A stretch of 64,000 nucleotides of DNA from Minisyncoccota bacterium (GTDB lineage: Bacteria; Patescibacteriota; Minisyncoccia; Phycocordibacterales; GCA-2747955): assembly GCA_020628915.1 (NCBI GenBank), contig JAHDEI010000002.1:7153-71152 (forward strand), read 5' to 3'. The notes under the pieces are model-generated. The model made no database searches and had not been told where the DNA came from. It was given only the letters and a program-made list of their open reading frames with translations. Positions 19,509 through 29,620 of the stretch are shown here, piece after piece (the first letter of the stretch is position 1; every line of letters starts with the position of its first letter). Made by a program: the position numbers and the translations under genes.

Positions 19509-20318
19509 CTACGCGGGAACTTTTGATGTTTTTTCTCGAAAAGATGAAAACTTTTCCTCAAGTGATCCTTGAGGCTTCAATCTCTTGTTCGTCTCAACGA
19601 AAGACAGCAAGTTATAACCCATGCGTATCGCATGCGGATCACGGATGCGATCGTGGATCATGTCCATCATTGTGTGCATGTCATGTCTGATTAAATTCAG
19701 GCGACCAGCCTTGTAATGGACAGGAAAAGACCGTTTCATTCTTTCTTTCAATCCAGCGAATAACGTACACTTTTTAATCTTCAGTCGCCCATCCAGCATT
19801 GAAACAACATAGGCGCGACCGTCTGAATTAAAATAATACATATAACAATCCTCATTCGGCAATGCGACCAATGCTTGATTATCAGGCCTCTTTAGTTCGC
19901 GAGCACCACCATGAGATACCACATGTGTTGAAAATAATTCTTCTGATTCTTCTTCAAAAGAGAGTACAACATAGCAGCCATCTCCGCGATACTTGTGCGC
20001 TCGAATCAGTCCGTCTTCCGGATCTTGTTCAAGGCGACAAGCTGTTACAAAATATGTGCGTGGCTCCGGCGTGTCCCACTCTGGCAGGTCTCGATATCCA
20101 TCTTTGGTGCAAATAATCACAGCCTTACGTGAAGGTAAACTTGGCTCTTGTTGACCAAAGCCTACCATGCTTTTGAATTTACTAACTCGATTAAAATAAA
20201 TACCTGGAGACAATGTTTCATCAACTGAATTATATCGGTATACATTTGTCTCATACTCTTCGTCTTGCAGGTGTCTAATAGTAGAGCCCATACAACACTT
20301 CTCCTTTTCAAAGTTCAA
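19509..20318 (-). CDS. hypothetical protein (GC-richer than surroundings)
   Basis: 269-aa ORF; probable start at MGSTIRHL (20291); terminator hairpin aagttccc-tacg-cgggaactt at ~19485-19507. Confidence 0.5.
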   Translation of the reverse strand: MNFEKEKCCMGSTIRHLQDEEYETNVYRYNSVDETLSPGIYFNRVSKFKSMVGFGQQEPSLPSRKAVIICTKDGYRDLPEWDTPEPRTYFVTACRLEQDPEDGLIRAHKYRGDGCYVVLSFEEESEELFSTHVVSHGGARELKRPDNQALVALPNEDCYMYYFNSDGRAYVVSMLDGRLKIKKCTLFAGLKERMKRSFPVHYKAGRLNLIRHDMHTMMDMIHDRIRDPHAIRMGYNLLSFVETNKRLKPQGSLEEKFSSFREKTSKVPA

Positions 20319-20411
20319 AACTTAAAGTATTTAACCACATTCATTTTGAAATAAAAAGGGTCTCAAGATTGAGGCCCTTTTGTAAAAACAAATAATGTTC
20401 TATCTAATATT

Positions 20412-21677
20412 TTATACATGCGAATCTGGAATCGGGAATTGGTTACACAACCCTAGAATCTCTTCCCTCACTCTATCTTTTGTTTCTTGATTATCTTTAT
20501 CGCGCAGAACCTCAATCATTAGCTCAGCAACTTTTGCACACTCCTCTTCACCAAACCCCCTGGTTGTAATCGCTGGTGTCCCAAATCGGATTCCTGATGG
20601 ATCCATCGGCCCTCTCGGATCGTCCGCAATTGAGTTTTTGTTTAAGGTAATTCCAACTTCGTCTAAAACATTCTGTGCATCTTTTCCTGAAATATCGAGG
20701 GCTGTTAGATCTGCAAGCAACAGATGGTTGTCTGTCCCTCCACCCATTAATCGGACGCCTTCCCGTAGGAACACAGCCTCCATTGCCTTTGCATTGAGCA
20801 AGACTTGTTTTGCGTACACTTCAAATTTTGGAGACAGTGCCTCTCCAAATGCCACTGCCTTTCCAGCAATCTGGTGCATATGTGGACCTCCCTGCAGTCC
20901 TGGGAATACTGCTGAGTTAATCTTTTTATACATGTCGGCATCGTCTCGGACCAAAATCATCCCACCTCGTGGACCACGTAGTGTCTTGTGTGTAGTAGTA
21001 GTAATAATGTCGAAACCAGCATCAAATGGATTAGCTAATGCCTTCCCAGCGATGAGCCCTGCAATATGTGCCATATCAGCAACAGTGATTGCCCCAACCT
21101 CTTTTGCGATTTCCACGAATTTCTCATACGGTAGCTCTCGGGAATACGCAGAGAATCCCGCAAGAATAATTTTTGGTTTTTCTTTCAATGCTACTTCTCG
21201 CAATTCATCAAAATCGATTTCACCTGTATCAGGGTCCTTCATTTTGTAGGTAACAAAATTGTAGATCTTGGCAGGATGGGTCGCAGGATGTCCGTGTGTT
21301 AAATGCCCCCCATGTGATAGGTCCATCCCCAGAACAGTGTCTCCTGGTTTCAGTAGTGCAGAGTACACGGCTAGATTTGCAGGTGCTCCTGAAAGTGATT
21401 GGACGTTCGCGAATTTACATCCAAATAGTTCGCACGCTCGATCCTGCGCAATACGCTCTACCGCATCTGTAAAATCTTGACCTCCATAGTATCGCTTGCC
21501 TGGATATCCTTCTGAGTATTTATTTTGAAAGACTGACCCGTTTGCCTCAAACACTGCACGCGAAACATAATTCTCTGATGGAATTAGTTCAAGCCCTGTT
21601 GCCTCACGATTCTCTTCTCCTATTAGTGCGTCGTAGACGTCCTGATCCTGATCTTTGATGTATTTATATTCCTGCAT
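20412..21677 (-). CDS. glyA: serine hydroxymethyltransferase
   Basis: 'LELIPSENYVSRAV', 'YSEGYPGKRYYGG', PLP-Lys region 'TTTTHKTLRGPRGG'. Confidence 0.95.
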   Translation of the reverse strand: MQEYKYIKDQDQDVYDALIGEENREATGLELIPSENYVSRAVFEANGSVFQNKYSEGYPGKRYYGGQDFTDAVERIAQDRACELFGCKFANVQSLSGAPANLAVYSALLKPGDTVLGMDLSHGGHLTHGHPATHPAKIYNFVTYKMKDPDTGEIDFDELREVALKEKPKIILAGFSAYSRELPYEKFVEIAKEVGAITVADMAHIAGLIAGKALANPFDAGFDIITTTTHKTLRGPRGGMILVRDDADMYKKINSAVFPGLQGGPHMHQIAGKAVAFGEALSPKFEVYAKQVLLNAKAMEAVFLREGVRLMGGGTDNHLLLADLTALDISGKDAQNVLDEVGITLNKNSIADDPRGPMDPSGIRFGTPAITTRGFGEEECAKVAELMIEVLRDKDNQETKDRVREEILGLCNQFPIPDSHV

Positions 21678-21824
21678 ACTAAGTTACTACTACTTATTAA
21701 ACGTATTATCGATTCTAGCACACGGAAGACCTAAGAAACTAGATTAAATAAATACCCGTAGATCATTTATAAAACTTGACATATTTATATTTATAATATG
21801 TATTAGGTAACGTGGAGAAACAAG

Positions 21825-22016
21825 ATGTTCAATATATTCAAAGCGGTCGTAGGTTGTTCACTCCTCTGTGTGGGCATTATTTTTTTAATGGTAATCGTTA
21901 CAGAGTTAATTGCCGGCAGAATCGCTGATTTAGACCGACTCGGCTTTATCATGACACAGAACACTTTGATAATAACCGGAATCGGTGTAGTCCTGGTAGA
22001 CCGCATTAAATCTTAA
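21825..22016 (+). CDS. small membrane protein
   Basis: 63 aa, two hydrophobic helices; SD GGAGAAA upstream. Confidence 0.45.
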   Translation: MFNIFKAVVGCSLLCVGIIFLMVIVTELIAGRIADLDRLGFIMTQNTLIITGIGVVLVDRIKS

Positions 22017-22123
22017 ACCCCTAACGGAAAACCCGGAGGGGTTTTCTAATCCTTGTAAAGAAAATTTGACTAAAATAGAACTCTAATTTATAGTAGAAAA
22101 AGATCAAAAAGTGAGGAGTATCT

Positions 22124-22414
22124 ATGTTCACAAAAAAGCATATTTTGTACGGAATCATAATTGCGACGTGTGTCGTACTTCTATCTTCCTGTGCTGACCC
22201 AAATTCTCTCGAAGGAGTCCCAAATTCCGACGGCGATGTTGCTGGGTTTTGGCATGGACTATTCAATGGATTAACGCTCCCTTTCGCATTCATTGGATCA
22301 TTATTTTCGGATAATATTTCGATTTACGAAGTGCACAATAATGGTAAATTTTACCACCTGGGATTTGTGCTTGGTATTATTGCCTATGCCGCAGCTGTAT
22401 TTGCCGATGACTAA
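22124..22414 (+). CDS. small lipoprotein
   Basis: Lipobox 'VVLLSSC'; SD GAGGAG; terminator 22424-22446 (agacctc-tctc-gaggtct + T6). Confidence 0.6.
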   Translation: MFTKKHILYGIIIATCVVLLSSCADPNSLEGVPNSDGDVAGFWHGLFNGLTLPFAFIGSLFSDNISIYEVHNNGKFYHLGFVLGIIAYAAAVFADD

Positions 22415-22444
22415 ATCAGTAAAAGACCTCTCTCGAGGTCTTTT

Positions 22445-23761
22445 TTAGTTCTTATTTTTTTCTACCAATATCAAAAAGTTTTTGAAGAGTGACACAACGG
22501 TTAGAGGACCAATTCCTCCTGGCGAACGACTAAACAAACGTGCCTTCTCGCTGCAACCCCAATCTATGTCCCCTCTCAATGATCCAGACGAGCCAGATGT
22601 TCCTCCATCAAAGAGAATCGATCCTTCTTTAATCATCTCTGGTGTCACCAGATCTGAGACACCCGCACCTGAGACAATAATGTCTGCCGCCAAAGCCTGA
22701 TCAGTAAATTCTGTGTCTTCTTTGTCCACCGAATCAACGTTCGCACCCTTATGTTCAAAATATGTAATCGATGGACCGCCAACCAATTTCCCTCTACCGA
22801 TAACAAGAATATTTTTACCTGCGGGATTAAGATTGTAATGATCGATAATCTCATCAATGGCAGATACCACCGGAGGCAATACGGTCATATCCCCTCCAAT
22901 AAATGTGGCCATCGTTTGCTGGTTAAGGAGATCGGGATCTTTTATTGGTGGAATTAAGTTGCAAATTTTGTCTCGATCAATATGGTTGGGCAGCGGTAAT
23001 TGAATCACAACGCCATCTAAACTATCCAAGTTGTCTTTTATATGCTGCTCTAGCTCATTCTCGGTCACTGACATTTCGAATAAAAACTCTTTAAAATCCA
23101 CACCAATGCGTCCGGCCAGCTCTCTTTTTTTCTTAACATACATTCGTGTTGCAGCATCCTGTCCCACCACATAAATTCCCAATGTTGGTTTTTCATCCAA
23201 ATTTTCTACCTGCTCAATCAGTCGGTCTTCTAGTGCGACTGCCAACTCTTTTCCACTGACAACTACCCTTTTTTCATAAATCGAAAAATTAATATTGTAT
23301 TCGTTCTTTTCATCAGCTGGCCTGTAAGTTCGTGATGTTCGAACCCAGTCAGATATCAGATTGCCTGGAAATAAAATGTCACCCTCCACCTCAGCATCAA
23401 TATGTGTCACATACGCACGATCAACCAAGTCGTTCTCGAGTGCGTATTTATAAATGCCCGATCCTCCAAAAATAAATACTTCTCCAGTTTCTTCTTTTTG
23501 TGCAACCTCGATCCCCTCTTCTACAGAACCTACGACGACGCTCCCGAAGGGAGCGTTGTATCCAGAATCTCTTGTCACAATGATATTCAATCGCCCTGGC
23601 AGTGGCTTTCCAATTGATTCAAACGTTTTGCGCCCCATAACCAATGGATGTCCCATTGTAGTTTTCTTGAGATATGCAAAATCCGCTGGCAGATGCCATG
23701 GAATTTCTGAGCCATTTCCAATGACCCAATTTTTATCACATCCTACAATTAACGAAATCAT
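22445..23761 (-). CDS. bifunctional fusion: dihydrofolate reductase (N-terminal) + methylene-THF dehydrogenase/methenyl-THF cyclohydrolase FolD (C-terminal)
   Basis: N-terminal ~165 aa 'MISLIVGCDKNWVIGNGSEIPWHLPADFAYLKKTTMGHPLVMGRKTFESIGKPLPGR' = DHFR. C-terminal part has 'VIQLPLP', 'GRGKLVGGP' and 'GGIGPLTV' = FolD. Confidence 0.85.
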   Translation of the reverse strand: MISLIVGCDKNWVIGNGSEIPWHLPADFAYLKKTTMGHPLVMGRKTFESIGKPLPGRLNIIVTRDSGYNAPFGSVVVGSVEEGIEVAQKEETGEVFIFGGSGIYKYALENDLVDRAYVTHIDAEVEGDILFPGNLISDWVRTSRTYRPADEKNEYNINFSIYEKRVVVSGKELAVALEDRLIEQVENLDEKPTLGIYVVGQDAATRMYVKKKRELAGRIGVDFKEFLFEMSVTENELEQHIKDNLDSLDGVVIQLPLPNHIDRDKICNLIPPIKDPDLLNQQTMATFIGGDMTVLPPVVSAIDEIIDHYNLNPAGKNILVIGRGKLVGGPSITYFEHKGANVDSVDKEDTEFTDQALAADIIVSGAGVSDLVTPEMIKEGSILFDGGTSGSSGSLRGDIDWGCSEKARLFSRSPGGIGPLTVVSLFKNFLILVEKNKN

Positions 23762-23763
23762 TC

Positions 23764-24783
23764 TTATTTCTTTTTAAAATCTTTTGCATCGAACCCGCCT
23801 ACATTAGCAATAGGTGCCCTAATTGTTCCATGTGGATCGTACCCTTTTAATTCAAAATCTTCGAATACAAAATCATCGATTTCTTTTTTATCCGGATTAA
23901 TCTTCATTTGTGGGAAGTCTTTTGCCTCTCGGGATAATTGCTCGTCTACTTGATCAAAATGATCTGAATAGACATGTGCGTCGCCAAAGAAATGTACGAA
24001 TTCACCTGGCTCTAAACCTGCACATTGCGCAACCATCTGTAGCAACAAAGCGTAACTAGCAATATTAAACGGAACACCCAGGAACACATCTGCACTTCTC
24101 TGGAATAATGCGAGATTCAGTCTGTCATTCACTACAGTAAATTGGTATGTCGTGTGACAAAATGGCGGAACCTCATTTTTATTTTTCTCAGATGCCATAT
24201 GGTAAATAAAATCAGGATTCCATGCTGAGACAACATACGACTTTCGGTATGGTTTTGCGCGCAGCCCATCAATCACATATTGCAACTGATCAATCTCACG
24301 ACCGTCTGACGCCGGCCACTTTCGCCACATTCGACCATAAATTGTCACGAGGTCTCCCCACTGTTTTACAAAATCAGAATCTGCGTCTTCTTCTTTTAGT
24401 TGTGCAATGAACTCTTTCTGAGTTGGAACCTCAATATCATTTTCAATACAATGCTTTCTATAACGTTTATGTGCCCATTCATCCCAAATATGAACATCAT
24501 TATCAACTAGGTACTTAATATTAGAATCACCTTTCAGAAACCACAGTAACTCAATAATAATCCCTCGAGTAAAGACCTTTTTGGTTGTCAGTAATGGGAA
24601 TCCATCTTTCAAATCAAATCTCATCATATGGCCAAACACAGATTTAATGTATGGAGCCTCTTTCCCCTCTGCCTCATATTGTGCCAGCACCTCAGGAGTA
24701 AAAAAGACTGGCTTTTTCCATCCCTCATCTTTAATCTTTGTGAGTAAATCTAAGTATTGTTGTTCTCCTTTATTCATATGCAT
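23764..24783 (-). CDS. thyA: thymidylate synthase
   Basis: 'RMWRKW', 'VPPFCHTTYQF' (active-site Cys), 'SADVFLGVPFNIASYALLLQMVA'; 339 aa with an insert after 'HIWDEW'. Confidence 0.92.
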   Translation of the reverse strand: MHMNKGEQQYLDLLTKIKDEGWKKPVFFTPEVLAQYEAEGKEAPYIKSVFGHMMRFDLKDGFPLLTTKKVFTRGIIIELLWFLKGDSNIKYLVDNDVHIWDEWAHKRYRKHCIENDIEVPTQKEFIAQLKEEDADSDFVKQWGDLVTIYGRMWRKWPASDGREIDQLQYVIDGLRAKPYRKSYVVSAWNPDFIYHMASEKNKNEVPPFCHTTYQFTVVNDRLNLALFQRSADVFLGVPFNIASYALLLQMVAQCAGLEPGEFVHFFGDAHVYSDHFDQVDEQLSREAKDFPQMKINPDKKEIDDFVFEDFELKGYDPHGTIRAPIANVGGFDAKDFKKK

Positions 24784-25209
24784 TTATTGTTTACCTGTTG
24801 AGCCAAAGCCCCCAGTGCCCCGCTCAGTTTCTGATAATTCTGTGACTTCTTCTAGTTCTGGATGGTGAATACGCTGTATCAGCATTTGTGCAACCTTGTC
24901 ACCCACCTCAAAAATGTATTCTTGATCCGAAGTATTAATCAGTCCCACCATCACCTCACCTCTATACCCTGAGTCTACTACACCACCAACTGTTTTAATA
25001 CCACCTTTGAATGCAAGTCCTGATTTCTCCCAAATCAACCCAACGTGTCCATCTGGAATTGCCATAGAAAGACCAGTTGGCGCGCCTTTTCTTTCGCCCG
25101 GTGCGATCACGATTCGTTCAGTAGTAAACAAATCCATCCCTGCATCAGCAGAGTGCGCAAATGATGGCATCTTTGCTCGATCATTAAGTTTTTTAATCTG
25201 CATCTTCAT
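24784..25209 (-). CDS. dut: dUTP diphosphatase
   Basis: 'AGMDLF', 'GLIWEKSGLAFKG', 'VDSGYRGEV', 'ERGTGGFGSTG'. Confidence 0.92.
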   Translation of the reverse strand: MKMQIKKLNDRAKMPSFAHSADAGMDLFTTERIVIAPGERKGAPTGLSMAIPDGHVGLIWEKSGLAFKGGIKTVGGVVDSGYRGEVMVGLINTSDQEYIFEVGDKVAQMLIQRIHHPELEEVTELSETERGTGGFGSTGKQ

Positions 25210-25211
25210 AT

Positions 25212-25826
25212 TTATGTACGTAAAAATTCTCCTAATGCTTGTAATGATTTTTCCTTTACCTCTTCGATGGTGCCGCTTGCATCAATAATTGCGTGAGGTA
25301 ATTTCTGGATATGCTCTTTATATCCATCACGAGCTCTTTCAAAAAAGCTTGCATCAAAGTGGTCAAATGAATTGATGTTGTCACTACGTTGCTCGAGTCG
25401 CTCTTTTCTAATTTCAACGGGAATATCGTAAAAGAGACAAAAATCTGGCTGCATCTCACCCAATACGGTATTGCTCAAATAATCTGCAAGGTGCTCCAGA
25501 TCGTGACGTTCACGTGCATGAATTTGATACGCATATGTTGTCAGCTCGTTTCTGTTTGAAACTACCGTCTTTCCCTCTGCTAACGCTGGAATAATAACTC
25601 TATTCATTAATTCTTTTCGCGCTGCGTAAAAAAGCAGAATCTCTGTGATTGGATCAAGCTCGTTTCCGGTAATAACATCGCGCAACACAACCCCAATTTG
25701 GGTCCCTCTTGGCTCTCGAGTATACACAGTATCTGCGGGCAAAATTTCCTTAAGAAACTCTTCTTGCGTGTCTTTTCCTGCGCCATCAACACCTTCGATA
25801 ACAATATATGTACCTTTTCTACTACT
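25212..25826 (-). CDS. tmk: thymidylate kinase
   Basis: P-loop 'IVIEGVDGAGKDTQ', 'REPRGT'; start set at MSSRKGTY (25826) because the terminator hairpin 25845-25866 occupies the longer ORF's 5' extension. Confidence 0.88.
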   Translation of the reverse strand, partial: SSRKGTYIVIEGVDGAGKDTQEEFLKEILPADTVYTREPRGTQIGVVLRDVITGNELDPITEILLFYAARKELMNRVIIPALAEGKTVVSNRNELTTYAYQIHARERHDLEHLADYLSNTVLGEMQPDFCLFYDIPVEIRKERLEQRSDNINSFDHFDASFFERARDGYKEHIQKLPHAIIDASGTIEEVKEKSLQALGEFLRT

Positions 25827-25844
25827 CATAGTTGTACAAGTATA

Positions 25845-25866
25845 GCAAAATAAAAACGCGACCTTT
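25845..25866 (-). terminator. intrinsic terminator (aacgcgacc-tttc-ggtcgcgtt)
   Basis: Downstream of minus-strand gene 25883..26296. Confidence 0.65.
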
Positions 25867-25882
25867 CGGTCGCGTTGCACAT

Positions 25883-26296
25883 TTATACACCCTCTTTTTC
25901 AAAGCCTAATTCGTCAGGAACACTTTTCCAGAGTATCGAAGACACCCAAAGTAAAAATAATCCTGATATGGACCCAAGAACATTACTATTCAAAATGGGA
26001 ATAGACATCTCGGGGATCAATCCGACCAGCGCGGACAAAAACACCCCTAGGCCGAAAATCATAGAGCCCGTTACCCACCCCATGACCATCAGGTACGAAC
26101 TGATATCTTTGTTTTGCTCGACCTCATTTGAATTAACCATAAAGACCGAGAAATATCCTGCTGCTACTCCAAACAAGCCTGCCCAAAGAAATGTATACAC
26201 AGGCATGGCACTAAACCAAATATGCACGGTCCATCCGACAATCATTTGTCCCGTCGCAATCAGGCTGGCTACTTTTATTTTACGTGACGTTTTCAT
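25883..26296 (-). CDS. hypothetical integral membrane protein
   Basis: 137 aa, ~4 TM helices. Confidence 0.5.
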   Translation of the reverse strand: MKTSRKIKVASLIATGQMIVGWTVHIWFSAMPVYTFLWAGLFGVAAGYFSVFMVNSNEVEQNKDISSYLMVMGWVTGSMIFGLGVFLSALVGLIPEMSIPILNSNVLGSISGLFLLWVSSILWKSVPDELGFEKEGV

Positions 26297-26380
26297 TTAA
26301 CTCTCCTTGCGTCCAAATAAAACTGTAACATAAATATAGAAATCGTCAATGTAAAAACACGACCCTAGGGTCGTGTTGTT

Positions 26381-26878
26381 TTATGTCCTTTTCTTGGGCT
26401 TGTACCTGTCTGGATTTCGATCAAATATCCAAATTAATAATCCCATCAATAAACCCACCAAAGGAATTGCAACAACGCCTGCCTTCATAGGGTGACAAGT
26501 GAGATGTCCCTTGCCTTCTTTGGTCCCACCCCTGCTTAGAAAGGCAATCCCAGCAGGCATGACAACAACAGCGAGCCCGAGCATCTCGCAATAGCGGACA
26601 TCTTCTAAATAAAAAATGTAAGCAAAACCAAGCGCCAAATATCCCATCATCATTATTCCTGAGATAAATGGAGTCCAAGATTTATCAAGACTCCAAACAG
26701 TAACAACTAAGTACCATCCAAACACTGCCATTAATCCACCCCGAATCACGGACGTGATCCAAAGTGAAACGCCGTCCGTATTTGATTCAAATTCAATGCC
26801 TACTCGCGACACCAAAATAAAAGTAGATATCCAAACAACAATTATTACGTGCTCTTTCCAAATTTTAAAAAACATCAA
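26381..26878 (-). CDS. hypothetical integral membrane protein
   Basis: 165 aa, multiple TM helices. Confidence 0.5.
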   Translation of the reverse strand: MMFFKIWKEHVIIVVWISTFILVSRVGIEFESNTDGVSLWITSVIRGGLMAVFGWYLVVTVWSLDKSWTPFISGIMMMGYLALGFAYIFYLEDVRYCEMLGLAVVVMPAGIAFLSRGGTKEGKGHLTCHPMKAGVVAIPLVGLLMGLLIWIFDRNPDRYKPKKRT

Positions 26879-26912
26879 GACCTCCTAAATCTGAATAAGA
26901 TCTTATCACACA

Positions 26913-27269
26913 TTAACGCTTCCAGAATTGCCACCAACTTTTTTTCTCTTCTTTTTTTTCAATAAAGCCAGCACCCCCTTCTTTATTTTCAATGAGAATA
27001 ACCACCTCTTCGCCCGGGCGCTTGATTGGAAATGTTTCAATCAATTCATCCTGCTTCCCCTCTTTTGTTCCAAGATGTGTAATCTGACTTTCTAGACCCG
27101 CGATCCGCTCGTCTAGATGTGCGAATTCAGATGCTTGTTCAGACTGCCTCTCTTTTGCGTCTTTCAAGGCAGACTGTCCACCCCATACTCCGCGAATTAA
27201 AATAACAAGCAATACCAAGAGTACAACTATCCCAATCTTTTTTACCAATACTCGCTGCTTTTTTTTCAT
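26913..27269 (-). CDS. membrane-anchored coiled-coil protein (FtsB/DivIC-like septum protein?)
   Basis: N-terminal TM 'IGIVVLLVLLVILI' then coiled-coil 'DAKERQSEQASEFAHLDERIAGLESQITHL'; assignment weak. Confidence 0.4.
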   Translation of the reverse strand: MKKKQRVLVKKIGIVVLLVLLVILIRGVWGGQSALKDAKERQSEQASEFAHLDERIAGLESQITHLGTKEGKQDELIETFPIKRPGEEVVILIENKEGGAGFIEKKEEKKSWWQFWKR

Positions 27270-27314
27270 TGCTTACTATTATATGATAGTAACTATACTA
27301 ATTAAAGAATAACT

Positions 27315-27422
27315 ATGTACGGCGAGAGCAACAAAAAATGGATCAAATGGTTTTGGTGGATCATGGGTACGTTTACTATCATCTCGATGGTAGCCACCCT
27401 ATTTGTAGGATTTGGTTTATAG
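27315..27422 (+). CDS. possible 35-aa small membrane protein (MYGESNKKWIKWFWWIMGTFTIISMVATLFVGFGL)
   Basis: Manually found below the ORF-track size cutoff; single TM; followed by terminator 27432-27453. Weak SD. Confidence 0.3.
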   Translation: MYGESNKKWIKWFWWIMGTFTIISMVATLFVGFGL

Positions 27423-27457
27423 ACAAGAAAAAGCGACCCAACGTGGGTCGCTTTTGA

Positions 27458-27967
27458 CTAAGAAAAATAGCCAGTTATGTGTTTTTTAACGAGAGTACTG
27501 ATGTCTGTGTCCTCCAGAAGACTCCTTTCGGATTCTGTTAATTCTTCTGCTAAATGATCAGCATGCCTTAACAAAACCTCGCAAACAACCTCAGCCTCAG
27601 ATCGATGATAAATCCAATCATTATCAACAACTGGAAACATCATTAGAACCTGACGGAGCATCTCGCGAGACTCAACCTTGATTCCAATAAACCCGATGCC
27701 GTCATCACACGAAACTCTAATATGCGAATGCGGCAAACCTTCATCTTCACATTCCCAATCCGCAAGTCTATTTATATTATGCTTTCTTCCGCCCTCACAA
27801 GTAGTTGTGATACCAATCGAAGATGGATAATAATCATCACCTCCAAACGATACCTCTGAGAGCTCGTCAATATCTGAGACGCTTGCACCTTTTGGGAAAT
27901 GATACATCATTGCTCCCATCAAAGTAGTTGGGAAACTAGCTGTATAAAGTTTTTTTGCTGCGCTCAT
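27458..27967 (-). CDS. hypothetical protein
   Basis: 169-aa ORF. Confidence 0.5.
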   Translation of the reverse strand: MSAAKKLYTASFPTTLMGAMMYHFPKGASVSDIDELSEVSFGGDDYYPSSIGITTTCEGGRKHNINRLADWECEDEGLPHSHIRVSCDDGIGFIGIKVESREMLRQVLMMFPVVDNDWIYHRSEAEVVCEVLLRHADHLAEELTESERSLLEDTDISTLVKKHITGYFS

Positions 27968-28069
27968 TTTAAATCTCCTTTTTAATGTACGCTTTATGCT
28001 CTGTGTTCCAGTATACTCCCCCTTCGTTTTATTGCAATAAAAAAGCCCGCAATCGCGGGCTTCAAAATA

Positions 28070-28630
28070 TTACGCTTCAGCTGGTTTTGCCCTTACCTTT
28101 TTCTCAAACTTTTTGCCAGGAGGCAATCCAGTACACGCCGAAAAGAAAAAATAACAAACAGCCGCAATATTTAATACAATCTGAATTATTGTGTATATCA
28201 ACTCAAATCCATCTATTGCAAATTTTGCATAATCTGAATCAAAACAAATCATTCTAAAATTGTCAAAGAACGTAATCAAAACAAATAAGCGCACAAACGT
28301 AGAAAAATTATCTAAACGCTGTGCGTTCATGAATCCAGGCTTCACCCCCTTCTCAAATCCTAGAGAATGAAAAAGTCCACCCAAGACCAAGATAAGGATA
28401 AACGTGAAAAGTAGACTAGATTCACCTCGCTTAGTATAAACGTGAGTTGCCGCGAACGAAACAACGAGCAAAAGAAGGCTAACGCGAGCAAGCCATGCAT
28501 AATTCCTATTCCACTTACTCTCCACCCAATCAGAAATATTTTGAAAGCCGGGCCAGATGAAAAAACCATCAAACATAGCGTCATCAATTTTTCTTAACAT
28601 AATTTTCTCCTCAAAGAACTTTGTAAACAA
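28070..28630 (-). CDS. hypothetical integral membrane protein
   Basis: 186 aa. Confidence 0.5.
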   Translation of the reverse strand: MFTKFFEEKIMLRKIDDAMFDGFFIWPGFQNISDWVESKWNRNYAWLARVSLLLLVVSFAATHVYTKRGESSLLFTFILILVLGGLFHSLGFEKGVKPGFMNAQRLDNFSTFVRLFVLITFFDNFRMICFDSDYAKFAIDGFELIYTIIQIVLNIAAVCYFFFSACTGLPPGKKFEKKVRAKPAEA

Positions 28631-28690
28631 CGATACATTGAAATAAAAATTATGTCAATAAAAAACCCACCAAAACGGTGGGTTCGAATG

Positions 28691-29182
28691 TTATCCGATT
28701 AAATCTTCTTCTTTCCAAAGATGTGGTGCTTTCTCAGGACGAATCAGCAAATACAAGCTTTGTGCTGCAAAAACTACCCCTGCGCCAAACAGTAGCAGAA
28801 AAATCCAATGATCTGCTCCCTTCTCGAATACTGCGTAGTATGCCATATAACTGAGTGTTATTGACCCGGCAATGCAGGCGACAGCAAAAAATCTCACTCG
28901 ATATGATGAATCCATATGTCTCCACGAGAAACCTGTGGCAAGAAACCCAAGCAAAAAGATTAATGCACCAGCGGCGCAAACCGAAACAAACATTCTGGGT
29001 CCGACTTCAACGTCAGAGGCTCCGACGATTCCCATCACAGCGGCAATCATTGCTGAACCCATTATTAAAGTCCCATAGCAAAATAATGCTATTCCCAGGA
29101 GAATCGTAAATGACAAGTATTGATTCTTGAGTGGTCGAAAAAAATTCTGAACCACAGTTGGTACCGGTATTACAATTTCCAT
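28691..29182 (-). CDS. hypothetical integral membrane protein
   Basis: 163 aa, 4-5 TM. Confidence 0.5.
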   Translation of the reverse strand: MEIVIPVPTVVQNFFRPLKNQYLSFTILLGIALFCYGTLIMGSAMIAAVMGIVGASDVEVGPRMFVSVCAAGALIFLLGFLATGFSWRHMDSSYRVRFFAVACIAGSITLSYMAYYAVFEKGADHWIFLLLFGAGVVFAAQSLYLLIRPEKAPHLWKEEDLIG

Positions 29183-29196
29183 TATTACCTCCTAAT

Positions 29197-29550
29197 TTAT
29201 TCCTTAATTTCTGTCCAAAACTTTAAGGTAAAGCTGAGCATCCACAATCCTAGCGCCAAGAAAATGGCAATCCAAAAGCTGGCAAAAGTAAGATCTTCTG
29301 CGCTAAATAAATTTTCATGTACCGTCAGTGTAAAAACAAATGACATGATAGCAGCCAGATAAACGCCAACGAACTTTATACCAGGTAGTTCTGACTTGCT
29401 CTCAGTTGCATATACTGACAATGCAATCCCCGAGACAACAAGACCTACGGGAATCCAAAAAGCAGCTTCATTCCCCCTTAAAAAGAAAATGATAACCATA
29501 CTCGGAATAACCAAAATATTGGCAACTCTCAAAGAACTAGATCTATTCAT
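29197..29550 (-). CDS. hypothetical integral membrane protein
   Basis: 117 aa, 3-4 TM. Confidence 0.5.
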   Translation of the reverse strand: MNRSSSLRVANILVIPSMVIIFFLRGNEAAFWIPVGLVVSGIALSVYATESKSELPGIKFVGVYLAAIMSFVFTLTVHENLFSAEDLTFASFWIAIFLALGLWMLSFTLKFWTEIKE

Positions 29551-29620
29551 ATTAAACCTCCTTAGGTTGTCAAAACAGATAAAAATATCATTACATTAAA
29601 ATATGTTTTCGTCAACAAAA

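Noticed and set aside
28664-28690. 'ggtgggttcgaatg' resembling a tRNA T-loop (GGTTCGAAT)
   Set aside because: It is the 3' arm of a terminator hairpin (aacccacc-aaaac-ggtgggtt); no acceptor/D/anticodon arms nearby. No tRNA gene found anywhere in the window.
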